Positions 8,794-18,678 of a stretch of 64,000 nt of DNA are shown here, piece by piece. Both the position numbers and the translations under genes were made by a program. The DNA is from an uncultured bacterium. GTDB taxonomy: Bacteria > Babelota > Babeliae > Babelales > Babelaceae. The notes beneath the pieces are model-generated. The model saw only the letters and a list, made by a program, of their open reading frames with translations. It searched no databases and had not been told where the DNA came from. Positions within the stretch are counted from its first letter, which is position 1, and every line of letters begins with the position of its first letter. The stretch covers positions 576,001 to 640,000 of the forward strand of contig OY970209.1 in NCBI GenBank assembly GCA_963713855.1, given 5' to 3'.

Positions 8794-10347
8794 ATGTTGA
8801 GTAGCTATTCAATTGCCGCTGCTGTAATTGCCGCATGCATAGCTAGCATTATTAGTACCTATGTAGCACTGGTAACACCATTTGGTCCCTGGATGGAACC
8901 AGTACTTCTTTTTATAGGTGTTTTGTGGCTTTCAGCCCTTGGTGCTAAAACAAATGAGCACAGGGGTTTTTTAGTGTCGGCTGTGGTCGCCGGTGGTCTA
9001 GCCGGTATTATTGCCACTGCGTGCTCTTTTTCTTGTCCCACATTATTCTTTTTAGAGCCTGCTATTTTTAGTAAGTGGCTCACTGCTCCTTTCTATTTTA
9101 TACTTTTTTTAGCACTATCCATCCTTGTTGTTGGCAGCATAGCTTTTGCTTTGGTGTCTTTGTGGGAAGAAGATTTAATAGAAAAGCAATCACTTAGTTT
9201 TCCTGTAGCTCAATTAATTCACAAGGGTATGCACGCTATAGAAAGGTCAGCCACGCGAGTTTTTTTATCCAGTTCGCTCGGCACGCTTTTATACTATGGG
9301 CTTCTTTCAAGTATAGGAAAGGCTTTGCTGGGCTCATGGCTTTCCGCAGCACAGTTGTTGCCGATGCTCTTTTCTATAGGTGCAATGACAACTTTTTCAT
9401 TTGCGGTACCGTTACTTGTTGGCCTTGTTGCAAAAAGTGCCGTAGTTAGTCCCATTCATGCATATTTTTTTTCTACTCATGCTACTCAGGCTTTCTTTTT
9501 TAGCTGGTGTGCTGGATTAATCGTGCACAGCACGCTCATAAGCTTTTATCATGGGTTTTTACAATTGATTAATTTTTTAAGAGAAAAAAATCATTTTTCT
9601 AGCTTGAGGCACCATTACGCATCAGGTTACACACGTGTCATTGGCATCCTTTTGATAGGATCTTTTTTAAGCGCGACATTGTTGTTGCGGTTTTTAGATT
9701 TTTCATGGTTTTCCATTCCCGTGATACTTGTTGGTTTAACTTTTTGTTCGTATCAGTTAGCTCAGATTGGAGGCAAGATAGGATTAGCTCCTCTGGGGCG
9801 ATTTGCGCTTTTTTTAGCGCTTCCTGGAATGATACTTTTTAAGCACAGCTTTGCGCAAGTAACGCTGGTTGCTTTGTTTGTTGAGTTATGTGGAGGAATG
9901 AGCGTTGATCTTCTTTTTGGACGTAAGCTGGGCACTCTTATGTCGATGCCTAGAGAAGAGATTGTAAAAGCGCAGCTTGTCGGTCTTCTTATCGGTGCTG
10001 TGACATGTTCGACCGTGTTATGGGCGCTTTGTTCTTGGGGATCGTTGGGCGTAGAGCCACTTTACGCGCAAAGGGCATATACCAGAGCATTGCTCCTAAA
10101 GGCACCTTCATTTGATGTTCTGGGAATGGTTTTAGGAGCCATTTTTGGGGTTATTTGCCATTCTTTCAGCATTAACACCGTTATGGTAATGACTGGGCTT
10201 TTGATGCCAGCGTATAGCGTCTTACCCTTGGTAGGTGGTAATCTCGTTGCTCGATTTATAACTACTGAACATCAACATGCCGTCTGGGCTGCGCTTTTTG
10301 CTATCGCTTCACTTGCACTTTCGTTACAAACTTTAACGGTTAAATAA
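8794..10347 (+). CDS. Polytopic membrane protein, possibly OPT/YSL oligopeptide transporter-like
   Basis: 517 aa, many TM segments; F..PTLFF and L.FP.A motifs reminiscent of the OPT family. Confidence 0.55.
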   Translation: MLSSYSIAAAVIAACIASIISTYVALVTPFGPWMEPVLLFIGVLWLSALGAKTNEHRGFLVSAVVAGGLAGIIATACSFSCPTLFFLEPAIFSKWLTAPFYFILFLALSILVVGSIAFALVSLWEEDLIEKQSLSFPVAQLIHKGMHAIERSATRVFLSSSLGTLLYYGLLSSIGKALLGSWLSAAQLLPMLFSIGAMTTFSFAVPLLVGLVAKSAVVSPIHAYFFSTHATQAFFFSWCAGLIVHSTLISFYHGFLQLINFLREKNHFSSLRHHYASGYTRVIGILLIGSFLSATLLLRFLDFSWFSIPVILVGLTFCSYQLAQIGGKIGLAPLGRFALFLALPGMILFKHSFAQVTLVALFVELCGGMSVDLLFGRKLGTLMSMPREEIVKAQLVGLLIGAVTCSTVLWALCSWGSLGVEPLYAQRAYTRALLLKAPSFDVLGMVLGAIFGVICHSFSINTVMVMTGLLMPAYSVLPLVGGNLVARFITTEHQHAVWAALFAIASLALSLQTLTVK

Positions 10348-10355
10348 GCTTTCCA

Positions 10356-11015
10356 TCAAAGTTCAGTTCTAACCGCAGGTGCATCTTTTTCTTTTGCGAT
10401 TTCATGCGAAAGCTCTTTTTCAAATTTTTGTAGTTTTTCCTGAGAACCTTCATATTCAGTAAATACTTCATCAAAATGTATAATCATACTCTGAATAGAT
10501 TTGACGGCATCCGCTATGTCGGTGTACGCCGTGCGATACATGTCACCAGAGCCATCTTCAAGAGATACGCGGTATTCGCTGCCCAAATCGGATTTAAGTT
10601 GTCTGTCCAATCCCGCTAAAAAATCAGAAAGTGATTCGAAAGGCTTATGCATCAAAGCCATCCTTTTCATAAATTCCTCAGTGTGTATTGAAAGTTGCTG
10701 AGTAGAGTCACGCATGTTCAAGAGACTTATAAGACCTTGTAATGCGTCATAAATCTCCTCTTCTGTTTGTTTAAGGTGAGCGTAGTTAGTATTGACATCT
10801 TTTTCCTGTAAGAAAATCTCAAACTTTAAACGCCCCACTTGTGTGAGTGCTTTTGAGCGGTGCTCTTGAGCGAAGCATAAGACAGAAGTTGATACAAATA
10901 CCATTAAAGCAGCATATTTTGCATCTTGATAGACAGCTTTTAAACTAGGAAAATAACCGATAGCTCTTACTAAAGCGATACTTTTCATGATCATGAGGAC
11001 ATTCCTTTTTGACAT
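10356..11015 (-). CDS. Hypothetical helical protein with signal/TM segment (start uncertain)
   Basis: 219-aa ORF; hydrophobic AALMVFVSTSVLCFA followed by a coiled-coil-like region. Confidence 0.55.
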   Translation of the reverse strand: MSKRNVLMIMKSIALVRAIGYFPSLKAVYQDAKYAALMVFVSTSVLCFAQEHRSKALTQVGRLKFEIFLQEKDVNTNYAHLKQTEEEIYDALQGLISLLNMRDSTQQLSIHTEEFMKRMALMHKPFESLSDFLAGLDRQLKSDLGSEYRVSLEDGSGDMYRTAYTDIADAVKSIQSMIIHFDEVFTEYEGSQEKLQKFEKELSHEIAKEKDAPAVRTEL

Positions 11016-11195
11016 AGATGTTTTTTTAATATTTTACAATAAAATATTGAGAAATAGATATAATTAACAAAAAAAAGATATACAAATAAATTCTGATTAT
11101 TATTTAAAAGCCCAAACTCATGATTTATTATCTTATTCTTGAAATTATTGACAGTTTTTTATTATAATAACTTTTATAATGGAAGGAGAAATAGT

Positions 11196-11672
11196 ATGAA
11201 AACACAAAAGTATGCGATGCTTACGCTAGCGCTTTTAGCGCTAGCAAGCTCTATCGGTGTTCAAGCTCAGGGAGCTATGACCGTTTATCAACCAGGAAGT
11301 AGTCCTGCTCGTTATGGAAATGAGTGGGAGAATGAGGGAAGTGCTGAATATGGAAGTCAGCCTGTTAGCATGTATCCGGGTGACGTAGGGATGTATCCTG
11401 CGATGCATGGCAGATCAGAGGAGCGACGTGAGTCCCGTCAAGAGCCTCTTTTAATGTACCCAGGTGATGTTGGCATGTACCCTGGATTAAGGTCTAGAAC
11501 TGCAGCTTCCGAAGAAGAAAGGCGTGAACGCAGAAGAAGACACCACCATGGTAGGGATTGGCGTAAGCGTAAGGGTCACGGAAAAGCTTGGGGTTGGTAT
11601 AAAAAAGGATACGGTCAGAGACAAAATCCTCCATATAGATCATCTCAAGGTGCCCAAGGCCAAGAAGAATAA
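11196..11672 (+). CDS. Secreted low-complexity protein with duplicated MYPGDVGMYP motif
   Basis: AGGAG SD, Sec signal ending VQA, two MYPGDVGMYP repeats, basic RRRRHHH tail. Confidence 0.7.
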   Translation: MKTQKYAMLTLALLALASSIGVQAQGAMTVYQPGSSPARYGNEWENEGSAEYGSQPVSMYPGDVGMYPAMHGRSEERRESRQEPLLMYPGDVGMYPGLRSRTAASEEERRERRRRHHHGRDWRKRKGHGKAWGWYKKGYGQRQNPPYRSSQGAQGQEE

Positions 11673-11678
11673 TATGTT

Positions 11679-11714
11679 CATCAAGAGCGTCTGAGGACGC
11701 TCTTGATGCTTTTC
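11679..11714 (+). terminator. Intrinsic terminator
   Basis: catcaagagcgtc-tgag-gacgctcttgatg followed by ctttt. Confidence 0.75.
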
Positions 11715-11875
11715 AATTACTGACTAGATCATTGAAAATAACTTCTTTACTTCTGCTTTTTTAAAGCAATGTAGTTTAAAGGCTTATTGGCATAGCACTT
11801 TGCCTATTTAAGGGGATAAAAAATTCTTGCTGTGCTACTATAAAAGAAATCGCTTTTTAAAGGTTTTATTAAATT

Positions 11876-12952
11876 GTGTCTTTCGCCGATCATACGCTTG
11901 ATTACATTATTATAGGTCAGGGGCTTGCTGGCAGCATTTTGGCGTGGAAAATGAGTGTTCGGGGGAATCGTGTTGCGGTTGTTTGTGACGCGTCTTGCAA
12001 ATCCGCTTCTTTGGTGGCGGCTGGTATTATAAATCCTATTGCTGGAAAGAGGCTTGCTAAAGGGTGGAATATTGAAAGTACGCTTCCTGCCGCCAAAAAA
12101 ATATATCATGAGTTAGAGTCTTATTTTAATAAGCCTTTTTTTGAACCTCGTCCTATTATCCGTCTTTATCAATCCGCCCATGAGCAAAACTGTATCAAAG
12201 AAAGAATGAGCGATCAGTTCTATCAATCAGCACTAAGCTTTCATGAGCCTGGTATGCATGCTGAGCGATTTAAAGATCTTCTTGGCGGCTTTACAATCCA
12301 TGGTGGAGGCATCGTTGCTGTTAAAGAGCTCATTAGTATACTTTCAGATTTTTTTAAAGAAAAAGAGTCTTTATACGATGAAACTTTTGACCCCCGAGAG
12401 CTTAGAATGGAAAACGGACTTCTAAGTTGGAAAAATCTTAAAGCCAAAAGAATCGTTTTTTGTGAAGGCTATCAGGGTATGCATAATCCCTGGTTTAAGT
12501 GGTTGCCTTTCGAGCCCGCAAAAGGAGAGATTTTGACGATCAGTACCAATGTTCCGGCTGAATACACTTCAACAATATTAAACAAAGGCATGTGGCTATT
12601 CAGTCAAAAAGATGGTTGTGTAAAACTTGGCGCTACTTACAACCGCAAGGAGCTTTCTGAGTCGCCAACACAACTAGGAAAAGAAGAATTATTAAAAGGT
12701 TTTAGGGAACTTATCAGAAGCGATAAAGATTGTGATATCGTGGCGCATGAGGCTGGTATACGTCCCTGTACGAAGGATTCAAGACCGTTTGTGGGAGTGC
12801 ATCCAATGCACAAGCAACTGATCATCTTTAACGGGTTTGGTTCAAAAGGAACTCTTCTTATTCCCTATTTAGCGGAAAAACTGATTGAACATCTAGAAAA
12901 TGGTATTCCAATTCATGCCGAGGTTTCTATTGAACGCCACTGGAAAGAGTAG
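11876..12952 (+). CDS. FAD-dependent oxidoreductase, DAO / MnmC-oxidase-like
   Basis: IIIGQGLAG, AS.VAAG..NP, P.KGE, GATY, AGIRP...D.RP.VG, NG.GSKG. Confidence 0.85.
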   Translation: MSFADHTLDYIIIGQGLAGSILAWKMSVRGNRVAVVCDASCKSASLVAAGIINPIAGKRLAKGWNIESTLPAAKKIYHELESYFNKPFFEPRPIIRLYQSAHEQNCIKERMSDQFYQSALSFHEPGMHAERFKDLLGGFTIHGGGIVAVKELISILSDFFKEKESLYDETFDPRELRMENGLLSWKNLKAKRIVFCEGYQGMHNPWFKWLPFEPAKGEILTISTNVPAEYTSTILNKGMWLFSQKDGCVKLGATYNRKELSESPTQLGKEELLKGFRELIRSDKDCDIVAHEAGIRPCTKDSRPFVGVHPMHKQLIIFNGFGSKGTLLIPYLAEKLIEHLENGIPIHAEVSIERHWKE

Positions 12953-12959
12953 GCCTAAG

Positions 12960-13529
12960 ATGCGGTTGGTAGATGCAGCGCATGACCATGTAAGAACCTT
13001 TTTAGAAGAAGGTGATAGGGTTATTGATGCAACAGCGGGGAATGGACGTGATACGCTTTTTTTGGCACGGTCTGTGGGGCCTTCTGGTTTCGTTTTTGCT
13101 TTTGACATACAGGCATGTGCATTAGAAAAAACAAAAACCATGCTTTTAGAAAAAGCAGCTTTCGAGCCTGTTAATTTAATACTTGACGGTCATGAAAATA
13201 TGCTAAAGCATGTTCCTCAGTCCTGGCACAAAAAGGTTAAGGCTATACTATTTAATCTTGGCTATTTACCAAAAGGCGATAAGGCGATTACGACTTGTGC
13301 GCAAAATACCTTAAAAGCTCTCGAAGTTTCTTTAAAGTTGTTACATCCAACTGGCGTGCTATCAATCGTTGCGTATCCTGGTCATGAGGAGGGTAAAAGG
13401 GAAGCGATTGTTATAGAGCAATGGGTTAAAAGCTTATCCAATACTTTTGATGTCTTAACGCTAAAAAATGAGCACACCGCAAAGGCTGCTCCTGTGGCTT
13501 TTTTCATAAAGGCAAAATGCCTTAGGTAG
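12960..13529 (+). CDS. mnmM: SAM-dependent methyltransferase, YtqB/MnmM family
   Basis: VIDATAGNG.DTLFLA, FDIQ..A, GHE, FNLGYLP.GDK.I.T, YPGH..G..E. Confidence 0.8.
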   Translation: MRLVDAAHDHVRTFLEEGDRVIDATAGNGRDTLFLARSVGPSGFVFAFDIQACALEKTKTMLLEKAAFEPVNLILDGHENMLKHVPQSWHKKVKAILFNLGYLPKGDKAITTCAQNTLKALEVSLKLLHPTGVLSIVAYPGHEEGKREAIVIEQWVKSLSNTFDVLTLKNEHTAKAAPVAFFIKAKCLR

Positions 13530-14622
13530 CCTTTGATTTTTGAGCATGCTCGTATATAAGGTATGGCTCGATAAATGGCATCAGCTCTCCATCCAGAACA
13601 AGCTCGGGCTGGGGTGATTCAACATCAGTTCGGTGGTCTTTGACCATGCGATATGGGTGTAAGATGTAGGAGCGGATTTGGGAACCCCATTCGATGTTCT
13701 TTTTTTCGATTGATGCAACTTTTGCTTGGGCTTCCTCTTTCTGTTTTTGTTTGAGTTTTGCAAGGAGCATTTTCATTGCTGTTTCTTTGTTTTGCAACTG
13801 AGAACGCTCGCTTTGGCATTGCACAACAATGTTAGTGGGAAGATGCGTAATGCGTACCGCTGAGTCGGTTTTATTAACGTGCTGGCCCCCTGCGCCTCCG
13901 GCGCGGTAAGTGTCGATACGCAGATCTTTAAGATCGATGGTTACTTCAGCCTCTTGAGCTTCGGGTAAGACAAAAACGCCGGCAAAAGAGGTGTGCCGCC
14001 TTTTATTGGCATCAAAGGGCGATATACGGACCAATCGATGAATACCATGCTCTCCTTTAAGAAGGCCATATGCATTTTTGCCTTTGATAAAAAGTGTTGC
14101 TGATTTGATCCCCGCGCCTTCCCCTGGTTGGTAGTCGGTGACTGAGACAGATAGTTTTTGATGCTCACAAAAGCGCAGGTACATTCTTAAGAGCATTTCA
14201 GCCCAGTCCTGGGACTCGGTTCCTCCGGCGCCAGCATTGATACTCAAAAAGCAGGCGGAGTCGTCTTGGGGATTATCAAGAAGTAGAGCTATTTTAAAGC
14301 CGCGCACTTCTTTATAATGTTTGTTAACATCGCCTTTAAGCTCGCTTAGAGTTTCTTCATTGTCTTTAAAAAGGTTAACTAAATCTAGAAGTTCTTGGTG
14401 GTTTTTAAGTACTTCATGATAGTTATCACGTTGCAGTCGCGCTTTTTGAAGTGCTTTTAGAGTTTGGGCATACTCTGGGTTATGCCAGGCATCTTCTTGC
14501 TGGCTTTCTTTAAGGAGTTCTTCATACCGAGATTCACGGTGGGATTCTTGCCAAAAAGAGCGCAGCGTCTGAAGATCAGGATCAAGGCTTTTTAATTTTT
14601 CTTGTAATTCCTCAAAGAGCAT
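13522..14622 (-). CDS. prfB: Peptide chain release factor 2 (uninterrupted ORF)
   Basis: GAGGTESQDWA, HRLVRISPFD (SPF), GGQHVNKTDSAVR, WGSQIRSY. Confidence 0.97.
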   Translation of the reverse strand: MLFEELQEKLKSLDPDLQTLRSFWQESHRESRYEELLKESQQEDAWHNPEYAQTLKALQKARLQRDNYHEVLKNHQELLDLVNLFKDNEETLSELKGDVNKHYKEVRGFKIALLLDNPQDDSACFLSINAGAGGTESQDWAEMLLRMYLRFCEHQKLSVSVTDYQPGEGAGIKSATLFIKGKNAYGLLKGEHGIHRLVRISPFDANKRRHTSFAGVFVLPEAQEAEVTIDLKDLRIDTYRAGGAGGQHVNKTDSAVRITHLPTNIVVQCQSERSQLQNKETAMKMLLAKLKQKQKEEAQAKVASIEKKNIEWGSQIRSYILHPYRMVKDHRTDVESPQPELVLDGELMPFIEPYLIYEHAQKSKAT

Positions 14623-14812
14623 AAAGCATGTTTTTCGTAATAGTTGTCTATAAAGCTAGGATAACTGAATCACCCTACAAATACAGTATAGAGCGTATTC
14701 TGCTAAAAAAGAAGCTTTCATGCTCCACCGCTTTTTTGCTGGATGCTCTTTTGTTTTATATTAAATTTTCGGCTATCATAATACCTTAACTCTTTCATAG
14801 GAAAAATCATAC

Positions 14813-16294
14813 ATGGATATTCAAAGTAGGTATATTGCAATAGCACTTATGGTCTTAACGGTCTACCGCGCTCATGGCGGCTTAATGGGATACCGCGGTA
14901 TGGAAAACGAGCGTGGTAAAATCGTTGATATATATGCTGACAATCATATCCTGGGCAGTGGAATTGATAATGCCAAACAATTGAAAGCTATTGAAAAATC
15001 AATCTCTCAAAGAAAGGCGGAATTGCCTAAGATAGATGTGCTTTATGAAGGAAGAATTAAACATGTTGACTCTCAAAAAGCTAAAGCAATGGTTGATGCG
15101 GGCGATTCTTCTTCATCGTTCCTATTGAGCCTATCACCTGTGACCGTAATAACTCGTTTTCCCTTCATCGATGACAGGCTTACATCTTATGCAAATTTTA
15201 CTAATGTTGAAACGCGACTTGGCGTGCTCGAAATTAACGCTTATCTAAGCGTTCTCTTTTTAAGACGGTTAGAGCTTGTTTTAAAGGAGTACGGGGAGTT
15301 AAAGTTTGTCAATGAACTGCTATCAAGCAGTTTAAGCGCATTAAGCTTTATGGAAGCAGATATGAAGCATTTTGAAGAGTATACCTATGGCGATTTGCTT
15401 AAGGGCGTGGTTAATCTCCGCGCGGACGTTGACACTATGGTTGTTAAAAAGTTTGAAAATGAGCAGTACGAGAAAAAGTTTGAGGAAATTCGCGAGATCA
15501 TTTTAGACGATCTTGATGACGCAATTGACGATTTTTCCCACAATATAGATACAGGCATTATCGATGCCAAAAAATCTATCATGCACGAATTCGATGTGCG
15601 ATTTGATGAATTAATTACTGATTTTAAAGACTCGCTTGTGCCCCAACTTCGGAATATCATGTTACTGGAAGACAATAGCCGATCTGTTAAAGAAAAGATT
15701 ACAGATATAGCAACGAGCATAACGGTATGGTATACGACATGTATGTTAAAACTAGGCTCGCTTTTTAGGAGAAAATTCTTAAAAGAAGCCTGCAGCCGTA
15801 CGTTGGACTTAAAAGTTCTCTCTCACATAGTTGATGCCTCAACCTGTTTGCACTCTGCGGTATTTGTAGGTGCGGCACATGCAGATAGGATTTATCGCGA
15901 TCTACTTGATTTGGGCTATACCCTAAGAGAAGAAGTTTCCTACAAAAGTAATGCGGGTATTTCATATGATATCGTTGAAGAAGCTGTAAAGGACCGTAAG
16001 AATTGTCGCTTGGAGCTCAACGCTGATATCGTGATTGCTTTGATGGCTCTGGTAGTAAGCGGATATACGAAGCTTTCTTTAGGTTCAAGCTCAAAAGCTC
16101 CTTATGAAGAGATTATGAATGAGTCCATCCTCCAAATTGTAAGCAATTTGTTTACGCAGGCAAACTGCTACTTTGCTGGAGACCTAGCACTACTTGAGGA
16201 CAAGTATTTTTCATCTTTGTCTGGCGAAGGCGCGCCTCAATGGTTAGAACTTTCGAGTGAGTCGCACGATGACTGCGATTTTCCCAACGCCTAG
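14813..16294 (+). CDS. Hypothetical secreted protein
   Basis: 493-aa ORF with signal-like N-terminus; contains YADNH, YEG and VFVGAAH motifs. Confidence 0.6.
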   Translation: MDIQSRYIAIALMVLTVYRAHGGLMGYRGMENERGKIVDIYADNHILGSGIDNAKQLKAIEKSISQRKAELPKIDVLYEGRIKHVDSQKAKAMVDAGDSSSSFLLSLSPVTVITRFPFIDDRLTSYANFTNVETRLGVLEINAYLSVLFLRRLELVLKEYGELKFVNELLSSSLSALSFMEADMKHFEEYTYGDLLKGVVNLRADVDTMVVKKFENEQYEKKFEEIREIILDDLDDAIDDFSHNIDTGIIDAKKSIMHEFDVRFDELITDFKDSLVPQLRNIMLLEDNSRSVKEKITDIATSITVWYTTCMLKLGSLFRRKFLKEACSRTLDLKVLSHIVDASTCLHSAVFVGAAHADRIYRDLLDLGYTLREEVSYKSNAGISYDIVEEAVKDRKNCRLELNADIVIALMALVVSGYTKLSLGSSSKAPYEEIMNESILQIVSNLFTQANCYFAGDLALLEDKYFSSLSGEGAPQWLELSSESHDDCDFPNA

Positions 16295-16459
16295 ATTTTT
16301 GCTAATGTATACATCGCCGCCGAAAGCGAAGATGTCCGGTAAACAGATCTTAACGTTATAGGCAATCGATACAATATACTATCTTGGATATCCGCCACGG
16401 TAGTATTATCTTGCATTTTCCGGGTTGGAGTTTTAGTTTGGGTGTCAAGGAGTTAACAG

Positions 16460-17056
16460 ATGTTAAAATGTAAGATCTATTTCTACATGAGCATGATTGT
16501 AGGAATTTGCACGTTTATCAGTTTGCAAGCCGAAACTAACGTTACAAGTTTAGAAGATACCAGTGAACCTGTACTAGGCTACTTAGAAGATGAATTAAGT
16601 TTGAAAGAACTTGTTTCATATATGGAAGCGTTATTTTTGGAAAAGCGGGTTTATCACGAATGTAAATCAAGGGTGCAAAGCGATATTTTGGAGAGCGTGC
16701 TAAATTCTGAAAATCTTGAGGCTGCATTCTTATCAGCAAAGACTGAAGACGAAGATAAGGAATTTAAAGGAAGAATAAACTTGTTGGAGTTAGGTGCCTG
16801 GACTCTAGCGGCATACGGTCTTTTTGTCACCCTTTTCAACCTTGCGGCTCAAAGGTCTGGCTGCAAAAGCACCGCCCTTGGAGCCATAAGCGCACCATTC
16901 TTGGCGACTGCCGTAATAGATACTATTAGCTTGTTCAATCAAATGAGCCGTCATTTTTCGCGCGGTGAGCCTTTTTCCAGTCTTGCTGAGTTTATTGAGT
17001 GCCTAAAGACTCTTTTAAAAGAAGCACAAGAGCAGGAAGAACATGAAATCGCGTAG
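16460..17056 (+). CDS. Hypothetical secreted/membrane protein
   Basis: AGGAG SD, signal ending LQA, two C-terminal hydrophobic helices. Confidence 0.6.
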   Translation: MLKCKIYFYMSMIVGICTFISLQAETNVTSLEDTSEPVLGYLEDELSLKELVSYMEALFLEKRVYHECKSRVQSDILESVLNSENLEAAFLSAKTEDEDKEFKGRINLLELGAWTLAAYGLFVTLFNLAAQRSGCKSTALGAISAPFLATAVIDTISLFNQMSRHFSRGEPFSSLAEFIECLKTLLKEAQEQEEHEIA

Positions 17057-17124
17057 GAAGGAATTGAGCTTGTTTAGCACTTTTCTGCACCCAAAATTAA
17101 AAGCGTATAATAGGAGGTTTTCTT

Positions 17125-17745
17125 ATGGCTAAAAGGTATACATTTTTGTTTGTTATTTTGCTTAACTTAGTGTACTTAAACGTTCTTGCTCAAGAAACTG
17201 ATGAAAAAAACATTGGCACGCCCCAAAGTTTCGAGCTCAACAAATTTTTATGGTCCTATTTAAGTCTACAAGATGATAGCAAGACTCTAGATTCCGTCGA
17301 TCGGCAAGTTCAAAAGTGGCTTGTAAGAATGATGAGGCGTAGAAATATTTGTTGGCACGGTTTTTTAAAGGAAAAAACCTTAAAAACGCTGATGCAGTCG
17401 GAAGACCTAAGGCTTCGAGTTGAAAGGGTTATTAATGAGGAAGCAAAAAGAAAAGGTAGAGAACGCGTCTATACCTCAAGCCTGGCCGGTGGTTCTGTAG
17501 GAGCAGGCTTTTTTGCTCTACTATTCTCTTATATTGGAATGAGGCGGTCGAATTATCAATCTGCTTCTTGTGGATTATTTTCTGGTGCTGCAGCTTTAGC
17601 TGCGTTCGCATCTTTTGGGGCATTTTTCTTAGAGCTGGTTGATCAAGAAGATACGAAGCTGCCACAGTCCCAAGAAGTCATCGCGTGCCTACAAAAGCTT
17701 TCAAAAGATGAGGATTTTGTGGGTGACGGTCTAGATGAGGACTAA
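17125..17745 (+). CDS. Hypothetical secreted/membrane protein, same architecture as upstream gene
   Basis: GGAGG SD, signal ending VLA, helical hairpin near C-terminus; both proteins end ..I.CL..L. Confidence 0.6.
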   Translation: MAKRYTFLFVILLNLVYLNVLAQETDEKNIGTPQSFELNKFLWSYLSLQDDSKTLDSVDRQVQKWLVRMMRRRNICWHGFLKEKTLKTLMQSEDLRLRVERVINEEAKRKGRERVYTSSLAGGSVGAGFFALLFSYIGMRRSNYQSASCGLFSGAAALAAFASFGAFFLELVDQEDTKLPQSQEVIACLQKLSKDEDFVGDGLDED

Positions 17746-17781
17746 GCTTTTTAGAGATGAACGTAAGACGAAGCGTTGGCC

Positions 17782-18678
17782 TCAAGGTACTCTGCCGTAG
17801 TGAAGTGGTTTTTTCTGAGCGAGTGCTTTTGCGACAATAGCATGAGTTTTTTGAGTAGGTATGCAGTCGCACGCTGGTTCGTTGGTTGCGGCTGATCTTC
17901 CCCATCCTCCCGTCCAGTTCATGCCAAAGTCTTTTTGGCACACTATTGGACAAGCTTTTTGAGCTTGGGATTCGGTCTGAAGGTCGCGCCAAGCCTGTAC
18001 CTGAATAGGTCCTCTACCCGCAAGCTGTGTAGGTGATCCATAAAACTTCCATGCTCTCAATCGCTCAATTTTCTCATAAGCTAATGTCCGAGCTTTAGCT
18101 GCAGCTTCTTTTTGTGCTTTTTTCCGGGCGGCAAGCGCTGCTTTTTCCTGAGGCGTCATTTCTGACAAAGTCTTTGCTTGCTCTTCAGCTTGTATTCGTG
18201 CAGCTGCTGCTTGCTGAGCGTTTGCCGCTTGTATGATGCTTTTGTATCTTATGCGCGCAGTGGCGACAGCTATGGTGTCTTCAGTTGGAACACAACCACA
18301 CACAGATCCGTAATTAAGTGAATTATCCCACTGGCCATTCCACTGCATAAAAAGATGATTTTTACATATGGTTGGGCAGAATGCTTGGGCCGCTGATTCT
18401 GTATAGAATTGGTTTTTTGAAGGAACATTGATCGCGCTGCCTGTTACTTGGCCCTGACGTGCTATTTCACTGTAAACTTGTGAAGCGTCTGCTGATGCTA
18501 TGCTTGCGCGTAACTGCGGAGCGATGAAATTTTCAAGACTTTGTTCGATGCGGGGCGATAACTTTTCCTCAAGAATTTCTCCTACGTCGCCAATAACTCG
18601 TCCGAAAAACCACCCTGCTCCAAGCGTGTTTTGCCAGGTCAAATTCATACATAAAACAATAGCTACAAGTAGCCTCAT
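17782..18678 (-). CDS. Secreted protein with two MVL-type (mannan-binding lectin) domains
   Basis: Two copies of A...CP..C......W.G.W........C.C (AQAFCPTIC...WNGQW...SVCGC; AQKACPIVC...WTGGW...PACDC) with an Ala/Lys-rich linker; AGGAG SD. Confidence 0.7.
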   Translation of the reverse strand: MRLLVAIVLCMNLTWQNTLGAGWFFGRVIGDVGEILEEKLSPRIEQSLENFIAPQLRASIASADASQVYSEIARQGQVTGSAINVPSKNQFYTESAAQAFCPTICKNHLFMQWNGQWDNSLNYGSVCGCVPTEDTIAVATARIRYKSIIQAANAQQAAAARIQAEEQAKTLSEMTPQEKAALAARKKAQKEAAAKARTLAYEKIERLRAWKFYGSPTQLAGRGPIQVQAWRDLQTESQAQKACPIVCQKDFGMNWTGGWGRSAATNEPACDCIPTQKTHAIVAKALAQKKPLHYGRVP

